NCBI GenBank assembly: GCA_963799485.1
Contig: CAWCXJ010000013.1
Span: 320,001 to 384,000, forward strand
Direction of reading: 5' to 3'
Source of the DNA: an uncultured Trueperaceae bacterium
GTDB lineage: Bacteria > Deinococcota > Deinococci > Deinococcales > Trueperaceae
Length of the DNA: 64,000 bases
Within the stretch, counting starts at the first letter, position 1, and each line of letters begins with the position of its first letter. Both the position numbers and the translations under genes were made by a program. Positions 41,410-51,049 of the stretch are shown piece after piece. A model generated the notes under the pieces. The model was given only the letters and a program-made list of their open reading frames with translations, was not told where the DNA came from and made no database searches.

Positions 41410-41438
41410 TGCTCTACTACCACGGTGGTAGTAGAGCA
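41410..41438 (-). terminator. Intercistronic inverted repeat after the SBP gene
   Basis: TGCTCTACTACCAC-G-GTGGTAGTAGAGCA (14-bp arms), followed on the minus strand by CUUUUAUCUUUU. Confidence 0.7.
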
Positions 41439-41446
41439 AGGTAAGA

Positions 41447-42694
41447 CTAGCGGAGCTGAGCCTCGAGTTCATCGCTAAACATCTGGACGGCTTGATCTGC
41501 CGGGAGCTGCCCGTTGACGGATGGTTCTAAAAAGTTACCCACTGCGTCGTAAATGGGTGACGCAACGCCCGCGATCGTCGAGCGGGGATCGAACACGGCG
41601 GTGTCGGCGAGTACCGCGTAGGTCGCGTTGGGCTCTAACTTTTGGTATTCAGGGCTAGCGACCACGGGTTTGTATGCAGGAATATGCCCAGCGCCCGCCC
41701 ACATAATGCTGTTTTTATTCATCCAGGCGATCACTTCTAAAACCGCGGCACGCTTCTCGGGGCTCATATCGCCGCTAGGAATAGCGAAGGTGTGCGAATC
41801 GGCCCAGGTCGCAGGTTGGTCGAAAAGGGTAGGAATAGCCACGGCACCCCAGTCGAAAAGCTGGTCTTTAGCGGCCAGGTCGACCATAGTCGGCACTTCC
41901 CAAACACCGTTGATCATAAAGGCCGCCTCGCCTTGCGTAAACAGCGCGACAGAATCCGCGTAAGCTACATTTTTTCTGGCGTAGCCTTGCGCTACCCAGT
42001 CGTCCATCGCGCTGAGCGCAGTCGTCGCCGGGTCACCTAATACAACCTCGTTGTTCTCGATAACCTTACCGCCCTGCTGCGAGAGCAGCGTGTAAAAGAC
42101 GCGCCAGACCGTTCCCGAATCAGCGGAATTCGACATCGACAGCGGCAACTTGCCCGTCTCTGCAATCTTTGCCAGAGCCGCGTTGAAGTTGTCGATACCG
42201 TCCAACCCTGTAGGCAAACCGTCATCACCCAACAGGCCCGCCTGACTCAAGATATCTTTGTTGTAATACAAGATGATCGAGTGAACATCGAGCGGAACAC
42301 CGTACATCTGACCGTCGAAGGTCGCTGCTTCGACCAGATTTTCCGGGTAATCGCTTTTGGAAAGCCCGACGCTCGCGAGTTCTTCATCGGTAATGGGGCT
42401 GAGGACGCCCTGCTCGAGCCCCAGCGGATAACGCGAGAGGTGGTACGTCATGATGTCCGGCCCCTGCCCGGTCGCCACCGAGGTCTGCACTTTGGTGTAG
42501 AAGGGAACGCCCCACTCGAGCGTCGTCGGGGTGATCTTGATGTCGGGACGGCTTTGATTAAAGCTGTCGATCATCGCCTTCATCCGCACGCCGTCACCAC
42601 CCGACAAAAAGTCCCACCAAACGACTTCGGTCTGGGCAAACGCCAAACCGAACGATCCCAAAAAAGCCCCAACAAGCCATAACTTTAAGCGCAT
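41447..42694 (-). CDS. Carbohydrate ABC substrate-binding protein (probable arabino-oligosaccharide)
   Basis: Signal peptide; 'WWDFLSGGDG', 'LYYNKD', 'NGVWE', 'WADSH'. Confidence 0.9.
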   Translation of the reverse strand: MRLKLWLVGAFLGSFGLAFAQTEVVWWDFLSGGDGVRMKAMIDSFNQSRPDIKITPTTLEWGVPFYTKVQTSVATGQGPDIMTYHLSRYPLGLEQGVLSPITDEELASVGLSKSDYPENLVEAATFDGQMYGVPLDVHSIILYYNKDILSQAGLLGDDGLPTGLDGIDNFNAALAKIAETGKLPLSMSNSADSGTVWRVFYTLLSQQGGKVIENNEVVLGDPATTALSAMDDWVAQGYARKNVAYADSVALFTQGEAAFMINGVWEVPTMVDLAAKDQLFDWGAVAIPTLFDQPATWADSHTFAIPSGDMSPEKRAAVLEVIAWMNKNSIMWAGAGHIPAYKPVVASPEYQKLEPNATYAVLADTAVFDPRSTIAGVASPIYDAVGNFLEPSVNGQLPADQAVQMFSDELEAQLR

Positions 42695-42925
42695 CTCGTC
42701 TCCTCGATTTTACGTAAACAGCCGCCATACAGCGCATATTCGTAAGGTTGTTTGTCCCGGTCGTCTACTTTTTTACTTCTTTCACCCCCTCACAGGCAGG
42801 TCGCCTGGGCTTGGAGTAGATGTAGTACGAGCGTCCGCAGAAATGAAGCGAGGCGCACCTCTGCGTCAATGTCGAGCTGGCGTATCGTCTACAGGTGGCC
42901 CCGCTACTTTGGGCGACCTCTTCTA

Positions 42926-42970
42926 GATGTGAACGATCACATCATAGGAGTCACCTGGCTGGTTTGTCAA
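42926..42970 (-). promoter_or_regulatory. Promoter with LacI-type operator upstream of the arabinan importer/GH operon
   Basis: GATGTGAACGATCACATC (42926-42943, one mismatch); -10 TATGAT 42941-42946; -35 TTGACA 42965-42970. Confidence 0.8.
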
Positions 42971-43234
42971 GTTTCGACGCTCTTCTTTGTCAGCAAAACG
43001 GTACTCGCATCACCAGGTACTCGCAGCCCGGCAGATAGCGAACACCTACCGGGACTTGTAACGCTCAGATGACGGCGCACGCGTTTCAAGCGATAAGCTG
43101 TACTCCGCAGCACCAATGCGTAAGTTCGGCAACTGATTTTGGACAAGCCGATTTGACAGGTCGGCACCCTGTTCAAACCGCTTAGCACACCCTCACCATC
43201 TTTAGCACCCCGACCAGCTGTAGCAAGCAGCTGT

Positions 43235-43885
43235 TCACTGCCCGTAAACCGTCGTATAACGCTGATGAAGCTTCGCAATATCGTCTTCGGTAAGCTGTAG
43301 CGGCGTCCCGAGTTGCAGGGCCAACCACGCGGTGCGCGCCACGTCCTCACACATGACCGCCGCCTTGACCGCTTCCCTGGGCGTTTTACCGATAGCAAAC
43401 ACGCCGTGGTTCTGCATGATAATCGCCGGAGATTTGTGATTTTTCAGTACCCGCACAACCTCCTCCCCGATCTCTTCACCGCCGATCAAAGCAAACCCGC
43501 CCAGCGGAATCGGCCCGCCGAACTCGTCGGCCATCGCCGTTAAAAAGCAGGGAATCTCCCGGCCTACTGCCGCAAACGCCGTCGCGTAGCGGCTGTGGGT
43601 GTGAACGACGCCGCCGACCTCGGGCAGATGGCGGTAGATGTAGGCGTGCGTCGCTGTGTCCGACGAAGGTTTGTAACGGCCCCCGAGGACGTTGGCCCCC
43701 AAGTCGGTCTGCACCATGCTCTCCGGCGTCAGTTCGTCAAAGGCCAGACCACTCGGTTTGATGAGCAGGGTGTTCGTTTCGGGGTCTCGAGCGCTGAGGT
43801 TGCCGCTCGTCCAGGCGACGAGTTCGTTGGCGGGCAAGAGCGCGTGCAGGTCGCAGACGGTTTTCCGGAGGGACTCGAGGCTCAC
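43235..43885 (-). CDS. araD: L-ribulose-5-phosphate 4-epimerase
   Basis: Class II aldolase fold 'WTSGNLS', 'IKPSG', 'PSSDTATH', 'VHTHS', 'NHG'; ends 'YGQ'. Confidence 0.93.
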   Translation of the reverse strand: MSLESLRKTVCDLHALLPANELVAWTSGNLSARDPETNTLLIKPSGLAFDELTPESMVQTDLGANVLGGRYKPSSDTATHAYIYRHLPEVGGVVHTHSRYATAFAAVGREIPCFLTAMADEFGGPIPLGGFALIGGEEIGEEVVRVLKNHKSPAIIMQNHGVFAIGKTPREAVKAAVMCEDVARTAWLALQLGTPLQLTEDDIAKLHQRYTTVYGQ

Positions 43886-45612
43886 TTGCTCACCTCGTCG
43901 CGTACCCCGGTTTCGCGTACCCCGGCTTCGACCGAGTGTGCTTCGGTCGGCGTGGCAGCACCGCCCCGCAACTCACGCAAGCGTTTCATCACCCCACCCG
44001 GCTCCTCGGCGGTACTCCGACCGAACAGGTCGTGCAGGTAGCAGTAGTCGGTGTAAAGCCCGTTGTAAAGCGCGACATTTTCCGGGATGGGCCGGTACCT
44101 TACGTCGCTCAGCCCACCCATACGGGCGGCGGCCGCGGCAATGTCGGCGTAAGCTCCGGCAGCCACCGCCGCGTGCATGGCGCTGCCCAAAGCCGGCCCC
44201 TGCTGGCTACGTATCACATAAATCTCGCGCTGGCACACGTCGGCGTAGATTTGCATCATCAGCGGGTTTTTGTCGGGTAGCCCCCCGGCAGCGATGATCT
44301 TGGTGACGGGCACGCCGCTACGCTCAAACGTCTCGATGATGATGCGTTTGCTGTAGGCGGTGGCCTCGAGGAGCGCCCGGTAGATGTCCGGGGCGCGCGT
44401 CGCCAGGGTCATGCCGACAAGGAGTCCCGACAGCTCGGCATCGACCAGCACGCTGCGGTTGCCGTTGAACCAGTCGAGCGCCAGCAGGCCGTGTTCACCC
44501 GGACGCTGCGCGGCGGCTTCGTCGGCGAACAGGCGGTGAACATCTTTTCCGGCAGCGGCGGCTTTTTCGGTGTACTCGCACGGCACACACTGCTTGACGA
44601 ACCACGCGAAGACATCCCCGACGCCGCTCTGTCCCGCTTCGTAGCCGTAGTAACCGGGAACGATCCCACCATCGACGACGCCGCACATCCCTTCAGGCTC
44701 ATGAAGCTCCTCGGCAACCAGAACGTCACAGGTCGAGGTGCCCATAATCATCACGAAAGTACCCGGCGCGACCTCGCCGGTTGCAGGCAAGGTCACGTGC
44801 GCGTCCACGTTCGCTACAGCGACCGCCGTACCGGGATTCAGACCTGTCCAGCCTGCCGCTGCTTCGCTTAAAATCCCGGCTTTTGCGCCCAAAGGGACTA
44901 ATTCCCGTGACATCTTGGTAGCTACTACATCAGCAAAGTCGGGGTTCAGCGCCGCAAAATACGCGCGGGAGGGAAAAGTGCCGTCTTGATAGATGGCTTT
45001 GTAGCCGGCAGTGCAGGCGTTGCGCGTTTCGACGCCGGTTAGCTGCCAGACGAGCCAGTCCGCAGCCTCGATAAGCCGGTCGGCTCGAGCGTAAACCGCG
45101 GGCGCTTCTTCTAGAATCTGCAGGGCCTTGCTAAAAAACCACTCGCTGCTGATCTTGCCGCCGTAACGCGGCAACCAGGTCTCCCCCAATTTGCGGGCGG
45201 TCTCATTGATACGGTCGGCCTGCGGCTGCGCGGCGTGGTGTTTCCAGAGTTTGACCCATGCGTGCGGCTCGCTCCTCAACTCCGGCAAACGGCACAGCGG
45301 CGTCCCGTCTTTAAGCGTCGGCAGCATCGTACACGCCGTAAAATCAATCGCAACGCCGATCACTTCGTCCGGCGCGACGCCGCTTTGGGCGAGCACCGCC
45401 GGGACGGTCTGTTTAAGCACCTCGAGGTAATCGTCCGGGTTTTGCAGCGCCCAGTCGTTCGGCAGCTTTGTCCCGTCCGGCAAGGCGCGGTCCAGCACAC
45501 CGTCGCCGTAGGGGTGAACCGCCGTGGCGATTTCCGCACCGTCCGAAACGCGTACCAAGAGCGCGCGCCCCGACTCGGTACCGTAATCGATACCCACCGT
45601 GTATGTTGTCAA
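43882..45612 (-). CDS. araB: Ribulokinase
   Basis: 'GIDYGTESGRA', 'DFTACT', 'KLWKHHAA', 'YGGKISSEW', 'EAGQSGVGD', 'LDWFNGNRS'. Confidence 0.96.
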   Translation of the reverse strand: MTTYTVGIDYGTESGRALLVRVSDGAEIATAVHPYGDGVLDRALPDGTKLPNDWALQNPDDYLEVLKQTVPAVLAQSGVAPDEVIGVAIDFTACTMLPTLKDGTPLCRLPELRSEPHAWVKLWKHHAAQPQADRINETARKLGETWLPRYGGKISSEWFFSKALQILEEAPAVYARADRLIEAADWLVWQLTGVETRNACTAGYKAIYQDGTFPSRAYFAALNPDFADVVATKMSRELVPLGAKAGILSEAAAGWTGLNPGTAVAVANVDAHVTLPATGEVAPGTFVMIMGTSTCDVLVAEELHEPEGMCGVVDGGIVPGYYGYEAGQSGVGDVFAWFVKQCVPCEYTEKAAAAGKDVHRLFADEAAAQRPGEHGLLALDWFNGNRSVLVDAELSGLLVGMTLATRAPDIYRALLEATAYSKRIIIETFERSGVPVTKIIAAGGLPDKNPLMMQIYADVCQREIYVIRSQQGPALGSAMHAAVAAGAYADIAAAAARMGGLSDVRYRPIPENVALYNGLYTDYCYLHDLFGRSTAEEPGGVMKRLRELRGGAATPTEAHSVEAGVRETGVRDEVSK

Positions 45613-45702
45613 AAGAAGCCTCCGTTTCGCGTGTCCTCGAGCCCAACGCCAGCTACCTGCTCTATACGGTGAGCCGACCCCGGTACCACCTCACCCGAAA
45701 AC

Positions 45703-45746
45703 TTGTGAACGTTCACAATTTAGCACAAGGCGGAAGGAAGCGTCAA
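45703..45746 (-). promoter_or_regulatory. araBD promoter with LacI-type operator
   Basis: Perfect palindrome TTGTGAACGTTCACAA (45703-45718); extended -10 TGcTAAATT; -35 TTGACG 45741-45746. Confidence 0.82.
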
Positions 45747-45995
45747 CGCGCCGGGCCAGAACTCTAGCTGATACGTTGAGCAGTCGTTACAAAAACCCCG
45801 AATCAGCGCCGTAAACGCTGTCACGGGTCGGCCCCGAGCTGAAACTTGCGACCCGCTGCTCGAGCCGCCCAGTCACGGGCTTGCCGACACGGGCTTGCCG
45901 GTACAAGGAGCCGCCCGGTGCCCTCGTTCACCCACCCTCAACCCTTAGTTATTAAGGTATACTGCCCCGATTTCCCCACGTCCGGGAGGGTGAAG

Positions 45996-48866
45996 ATGGC
46001 TGAAACGCGCATAACCGTCAAGGGTGCCAAGCACCACAACCTGAAAAATATCGACGTCACGATTCCCCGTGACAAGCTCGTGGTGATTACGGGCGTTTCG
46101 GGTTCGGGCAAGTCGAGTTTGGCCTTCGATACGATTTACGCCGAGGGTCAAAGGCGTTACGTCGAAAGTCTGTCGGCCTACGCGCGGCAATTTTTAGGCC
46201 AGATGGAAAAACCTAAAGTGGACTACATCGGCGGCCTGTCGCCCGCGATTGCCATCGAGCAGAAAACAGTCTCGAAAAACCCGCGTTCGACGGTGGCCAC
46301 CGTGACCGAAGTGATGGACTACCTGCGCGTGTTGTACGCCAATATCGGGACGCCGCACTGCCCGAATTGCGGGCGTGAGGTTCACGCCCAGAGCGCCGAG
46401 CAGATTGCCCAGCAACTTGCGGGGCTTCCTGTAGGCACCAAACTGCAACTGCTCGCGCCGGTCGTCCGTAACCGTAAAGGGACGCATGTCGAGGTCTTGG
46501 CTGAGGCCCGCTCGAGCGGCTTTGCTCGCGCCCGTATCAATGGCGATACAGTCAGCTTGAGCGGTGAGGTGAAGCTCGAGAAAAAGAACAAACACACGGT
46601 TGAAATCGTCGTTGACCGCCTCGTTATCCCGGAAAACGTCTCCAGCGACGAAGCCTTCTTGACCCGCCTGACCGATTCGGTTGAAACGACGCTCAAAACC
46701 GCCGACGGTCTCTTGCTGGCAAACTACGAAGGCACCGACCAGCTCATGAGCGAACACAACGCCTGCCCACACTGCGACATTTCATTTCCTGAGCTGAGTA
46801 CGCAGATGTTTTCGTTCAACTCGCCGCTCGGGATGTGCGAAACGTGTCACGGACTGGGTGCCAGCATGGACGTAGACCCGGCGCTGCTTGTGGCCGACGA
46901 AACCCTGAGCTTAAACGACGGGGCGCTCCGCTATTACGGCGAACTCCGTAAAAAAGAGGGCTGGACGGTCTCCACGGTTGAGAGTATCGCGCAGCATTAT
47001 GACTTTGACCTCGAGACCCCCTGGCGAGACCTGCCCGAAACGGGTCGGCACGCCCTCCTCTACGGGTCGGGCGGTAAACCCATCGAGTTCGTCAACCGCA
47101 CCGTAAAAGGCTATACCCGCCGCAGGAAGCGGCCCCTTTACGGCGTTGTCTACAACATCAAAAAGCAGTATCAGGAGACGCAAAACGAAGATGTGCGCGA
47201 GTGGTACGAGAGCTTTATGCGCGAGCTGCCGTGCGAGAGTTGCGGCGGGGCGCGGTTGGCCCCGGCTGGGCGGAGCGTTACTGTCGGCGGGACTTCGCTA
47301 CCCGACCTGAGCGCCCTCAGCATCGGTGAGGCGCACGCCTGGATTACCCGCTTGCCGGAGATTTTGGACGCGCACCAAAACGAAGTCGCCGAAGAGGTCA
47401 TCAAGGAGATTCGGGAACGGCTCGGGTTTATGCTCAACGTCGGCTTGCACTACCTCACACTTGCCCGCAAAGCCGGAACCCTTTCAGGTGGCGAAGGGCA
47501 GCGTATCCGGTTAGCGTCGCAGATCGGCTCGGGCTTGATGGGCGTGCTGTACATCTTGGATGAGCCGAGTATCGGGCTACATGCAAGGGACAACGAAGCG
47601 TTGATTCAAACCCTCGAGCGCCTCCGCGATATGGGCAACACCGTGCTGGTCGTCGAACACGACGAAGAGACGATGGCGCGGGCCGATTACATCCTCGATT
47701 TGGGGCCGGGTGCCGGGGTCAAAGGCGGCGCACTGGTCGCGGCTGGAACACCCAAACAACTCGCCAAAAACAAAAAGAGCCTGACGGGTAAGTATTTAAG
47801 TGGTGATTTGGTCATTCAACCGCCGCATCCTGAGAGAAGATTGGGGAAGGGGTGGCTCGAGCTTTCCGGCGCGACGCTCAACAATTTACGGGGCGTCAGT
47901 GCCCGCCTCCCCCTCGGCACCCTGACGTGCGTGACCGGCGTGTCCGGCTCCGGCAAATCGAGCCTCGTTACGGGAACGCTCTACCCGGCGCTGGCCCGGC
48001 TCTTAAACGGCGCAGTCGTGACGCCGGGGCCGTATAAGAAACTGGACGGCCTAGACGACCTCGACAAAATCATTCACATCACCCAAGACCCCATCGGACG
48101 CACCCCACGCAGCAACCCCGCGACCTACGCGGGCGTGTTCGACAACATCCGCGACGTGTTTGCGATGTTGCCCGAAGCCAAAAAACGCGGCTATCCGAAG
48201 GGGCGGTTTTCGTTTAACGTCAAGGGGGGCCGCTGCGAAACGTGCGGCGGGCACGGCTCGATTCAGATTGAGATGCACTTTTTAGCCGACGTGTGGGTGA
48301 CGTGCAAAGATTGCGGCGGCAAACGCTACAACCGCGAGACGCTGCAGGTGAAGTATAAAGGCAAAACGATTGCCGACGTACTCGATATGGACGTGCAGGA
48401 AGCCCTGACGTTCTTTGAAGCGCACCCTAAAATCAACCGGGTACTGCAGACGCTTTACGACGTGGGGCTCGAGTACATCAAGCTCGGTCAGTCGGCGCTG
48501 ACTTTTTCCGGCGGTGAAGCGCAGCGTATCAAGCTCGCCAAGGAACTGTCCAAACGTGCGACCGGCAAAACCGTCTATATTCTGGATGAACCGACAACCG
48601 GCCTGCACTTTGCCGATATTCAAAAACTCTTAGAAGTCCTGCACCGCCTTGTAGACCAGGGCAACACGGTGATTGTCATCGAACACAATCTGGACGTGAT
48701 TAAAACCTCGGATTATCTCGTTGACCTCGGGCCGGAAGGGGGCGACGGCGGCGGGGTGTTGGTGGCGCAGGGGACGCCGGAAGAGGTGGCGGCGGTAGAG
48801 GAGAGTCATACCGGGCGGTTTTTGCGGAAGGTGGTGACGCCGGTTAGGGAAGAGGTAGCGGCATAA
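45996..48866 (+). CDS. uvrA: Excinuclease ABC subunit A
   Basis: Two 'GVSGSGKSS' Walker A motifs, zinc fingers, '[12 protein letters not shown]', '[11 protein letters not shown]'; GGGAGG RBS. Confidence 0.97.
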   Translation: MAETRITVKGAKHHNLKNIDVTIPRDKLVVITGVSGSGKSSLAFDTIYAEGQRRYVESLSAYARQFLGQMEKPKVDYIGGLSPAIAIEQKTVSKNPRSTVATVTEVMDYLRVLYANIGTPHCPNCGREVHAQSAEQIAQQLAGLPVGTKLQLLAPVVRNRKGTHVEVLAEARSSGFARARINGDTVSLSGEVKLEKKNKHTVEIVVDRLVIPENVSSDEAFLTRLTDSVETTLKTADGLLLANYEGTDQLMSEHNACPHCDISFPELSTQMFSFNSPLGMCETCHGLGASMDVDPALLVADETLSLNDGALRYYGELRKKEGWTVSTVESIAQHYDFDLETPWRDLPETGRHALLYGSGGKPIEFVNRTVKGYTRRRKRPLYGVVYNIKKQYQETQNEDVREWYESFMRELPCESCGGARLAPAGRSVTVGGTSLPDLSALSIGEAHAWITRLPEILDAHQNEVAEEVIKEIRERLGFMLNVGLHYLTLARKAGTLSGGEGQRIRLASQIGSGLMGVLYILDEPSIGLHARDNEALIQTLERLRDMGNTVLVVEHDEETMARADYILDLGPGAGVKGGALVAAGTPKQLAKNKKSLTGKYLSGDLVIQPPHPERRLGKGWLELSGATLNNLRGVSARLPLGTLTCVTGVSGSGKSSLVTGTLYPALARLLNGAVVTPGPYKKLDGLDDLDKIIHITQDPIGRTPRSNPATYAGVFDNIRDVFAMLPEAKKRGYPKGRFSFNVKGGRCETCGGHGSIQIEMHFLADVWVTCKDCGGKRYNRETLQVKYKGKTIADVLDMDVQEALTFFEAHPKINRVLQTLYDVGLEYIKLGQSALTFSGGEAQRIKLAKELSKRATGKTVYILDEPTTGLHFADIQKLLEVLHRLVDQGNTVIVIEHNLDVIKTSDYLVDLGPEGGDGGGVLVAQGTPEEVAAVEESHTGRFLRKVVTPVREEVAA

Positions 48867-48879
48867 CCATATAGACCGC

Positions 48880-49269
48880 TCAAAGGCTATTCAGAAACCG
48901 GAAGTCGTAGCTGAACAGCCTTGAAAGCTGACGTAAAGCAAACATGCCAGCAAAAATAGCGTTAAAAAAGTTCTCTCGTACTGCTTTTTTCCACAGGTAT
49001 AGGCAGCGTAAATAGGTATAGGCAGCGTAATACAAAGGAATTATATGAACTAGGTAGCTGAGGAAAGCACCGAATCCGCCCAGCCACTTTAACGGCGGAT
49101 AGTAGGTTAAGCCTAAAGGAACGAGAAAAAGAAAGGCTATACCGCCTGCGATGCCTGGAAAAAATATGAAAGCAACAACGCAAGAGAGGATGACAAGAAC
49201 AAGTATCCACTGACCGCGAGAGAATTCAGGCACATGAGAGTTTAGACTACTAGCTCTGCTGTAGGTCAT
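48880..49269 (-). CDS. Hypothetical membrane protein, AT-rich
   Basis: 129-aa hydrophobic ORF with visibly lower GC than its flanks; no recognised motif. Confidence 0.5.
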   Translation of the reverse strand: MTYSRASSLNSHVPEFSRGQWILVLVILSCVVAFIFFPGIAGGIAFLFLVPLGLTYYPPLKWLGGFGAFLSYLVHIIPLYYAAYTYLRCLYLWKKAVRENFFNAIFAGMFALRQLSRLFSYDFRFLNSL

Positions 49270-49480
49270 GAAATATCAGGCTTTACCAGCTAGGAAAAAA
49301 ATCCCCGATGAACAATTTTTTCTGCTGGTTTCATGTACTCGAGGACGAGCTTAACCACGATGGGCAGATCAAGATTTTGCGTAAAGAGATTGAACTTTCT
49401 ACAGTCTAGAAGTTGTCACCTTTGATACTGGACGCGAGCCTTCTAGAACACTCGAGTCGAACTAACGCCTAAAAGCCTTT

Positions 49481-49867
49481 TTACCACACGGTTTTTACGC
49501 TGTAGCGCCGCATATTCCCATCAGCACTCAGCAGCACCATACGCTCAGCGATAGCCTGCGAGATGAGCAGGCGGTCAAAAGGATCACCGTGATGCGGCGG
49601 CAGGTGGAGAATGCCCTGGCAGTGAGCCTTGTTGATCTCGAGCCACCCGATACTGTTGGCAGCGAGTTCGGTGTCCAGCGCTTCTTGCCAACCGTGCGCT
49701 AAGCCCAGCTTGCCCAAAGCCTGTTTGATGCAAATTTCCCAGTAGCTCGCCGCACTGAAAAAGAGTTCGTTTTCCGGCTCCAGAAAGATAGCGGTTGCCT
49801 CTTTGCTCACACGCTCGTCACCCTGAACCAACCACAAAAAGGCGTGGGTGTCGAGCAGAACCTTCAC
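49481..49867 (-). CDS. vapC: PIN-domain VapC toxin
   Basis: 'LLDTHAFLW', 'SAASYWEI', 'HGDPFDRLL', 'SAD'. Confidence 0.93.
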   Translation of the reverse strand: MKVLLDTHAFLWLVQGDERVSKEATAIFLEPENELFFSAASYWEICIKQALGKLGLAHGWQEALDTELAANSIGWLEINKAHCQGILHLPPHHGDPFDRLLISQAIAERMVLLSADGNMRRYSVKTVW

Positions 49868-50094
49868 GGCTGGTAGTCCCCAAATACCTCCAGCGGTTCG
49901 TCGAAATCTTCAGCCATGTATTCGACAAGTCCGCTCGCACCGCCGATTCGCCGCACCTTGCGTTGCCCCGGTAGGGGGACAAGCTTAACGAGTGGTTCCT
50001 TGCCCCTGGCGATGATGATTTCCTCCCCCGCCAGAGCTTGTTTAATGAGCCTGGAAAGCTGAGTTTTGGCTTCGTGGATAGTGACTCGAGTCAT
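49864..50094 (-). CDS. Phd/YefM-family antitoxin
   Basis: 'VTIHEAKTQLSRLI...GEEIIIAR..EP.VKL'; overlaps the toxin start. Confidence 0.92.
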   Translation of the reverse strand: MTRVTIHEAKTQLSRLIKQALAGEEIIIARGKEPLVKLVPLPGQRKVRRIGGASGLVEYMAEDFDEPLEVFGDYQP

Positions 50095-50100
50095 ACCTTG

Positions 50101-50129
50101 ATACTAGCTAAGTCGCTGGGCTAAGTCAA
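50101..50129 (-). promoter_or_regulatory. Leaderless toxin-antitoxin promoter with repeated GCTAAGTC sites
   Basis: -35 TTGACT (50124-50129), 17 bp, -10 TAGTAT (50101-50106), ATG 6 nt downstream; GCTAAGTC occurs twice across the spacer and -35. Confidence 0.7.
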
Positions 50130-50215
50130 GATCCATGTTAGAACCTATAGGGAGTTTTTACGGCTCGCGCCTCTTGCGCTGGAGCCGAGCCTCGAGCCTG
50201 TTCAAAAACCGAAAC

Positions 50216-51049
50216 TCAACGCACCGACGCGGTGTACAAGCGCCTCGAGACCTCCGCGATCAGCATCATCCCCTCTTGCTCGACGTAAAAGCGTTTATCC
50301 GAAGACCCGCTTGTCATAACGACAAGTGCGTAAAGCGGCTGCCCGGCCCGAAACACAACCCCGGCGTCGTGCCACAAGCCGCTCAAACAACCGCTTTTCG
50401 AGGCCACTTCGACCAGTGGCGTATCGAGGTCGGCGTCGGTCGGCAGGTAACGGGCGAGGGCTTCGGTAAACTGCTGTTTTTTCAGGATGTTTAGGGCCAG
50501 CTCGGTTTCGGGCGGGGGCAAGAGGTCGCCGCGCACTAGACCCAGAAGTAGCCCCAGCATGTCGGCGGCGCAGGTCGTGTTGCGTTCACCGCGCCGCTGG
50601 GCTTCGTTGTGTTCGGCTTCGGGTAGTTGTAATTTGCCGACTAAAGTTGTAGCGCGAAACCCGTGTTGCCGGCAAAAGGTGTTGACTGCGCCCAGCCCGA
50701 CTCGCTCAATCAGCATATTCGTCGCGGTGTTGTCGCTGACGATAATCATCAGGGTCAAAAGGTCGCGCAGCGTCGGTTCCAAACCTGCCTGCAGGGTATG
50801 CAAGACGCCGGAACCCGCTACCTGGTCGGTTGTTTTTAGTGGGACACGTTCTTTTAAGTCAAGTTTTCTTTGGGCCACACGCTCCAAAACCGTCAGCAAA
50901 ATCGGCAGTTTGATCAGGCTCGCTGAGTGCATGGTTTCGGTGGCGCGGTAGGTGTACTTTTCAGGCCCGTCCAGCCGCGCGTAGGCGACGCTCACCCGAC
51001 CGGAAAATTCATCAAAAAGCGGGGTCAGTTCGGCAGCAAGATCACTCAC
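50216..51049 (-). CDS. Serine hydrolase, class A beta-lactamase-like, no signal peptide
   Basis: 'SASLIK' (SxxK), 'SDN', 'KSG'. Confidence 0.85.
   Translation of the reverse strand: MSDLAAELTPLFDEFSGRVSVAYARLDGPEKYTYRATETMHSASLIKLPILLTVLERVAQRKLDLKERVPLKTTDQVAGSGVLHTLQAGLEPTLRDLLTLMIIVSDNTATNMLIERVGLGAVNTFCRQHGFRATTLVGKLQLPEAEHNEAQRRGERNTTCAADMLGLLLGLVRGDLLPPPETELALNILKKQQFTEALARYLPTDADLDTPLVEVASKSGCLSGLWHDAGVVFRAGQPLYALVVMTSGSSDKRFYVEQEGMMLIAEVSRRLYTASVR

Noticed and set aside
42860..42925. Lysine riboswitch (AGAGGU-like starts in the leader)
   Set aside because: The remaining conserved elements are absent and the gene context is wrong.
45846..45995. Longer N-termini from the ORF track for uvrA (also hisF, lysA, SBP 27511, GH2, gguA, DUF456)
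   Set aside because: Downstream starts have an RBS or a leaderless -10 box and match where the family sequences begin.
50216..51049. Antibiotic-resistance beta-lactamase
   Set aside because: No signal peptide and coupled to lysA; more likely a cytoplasmic serine hydrolase or peptidase.
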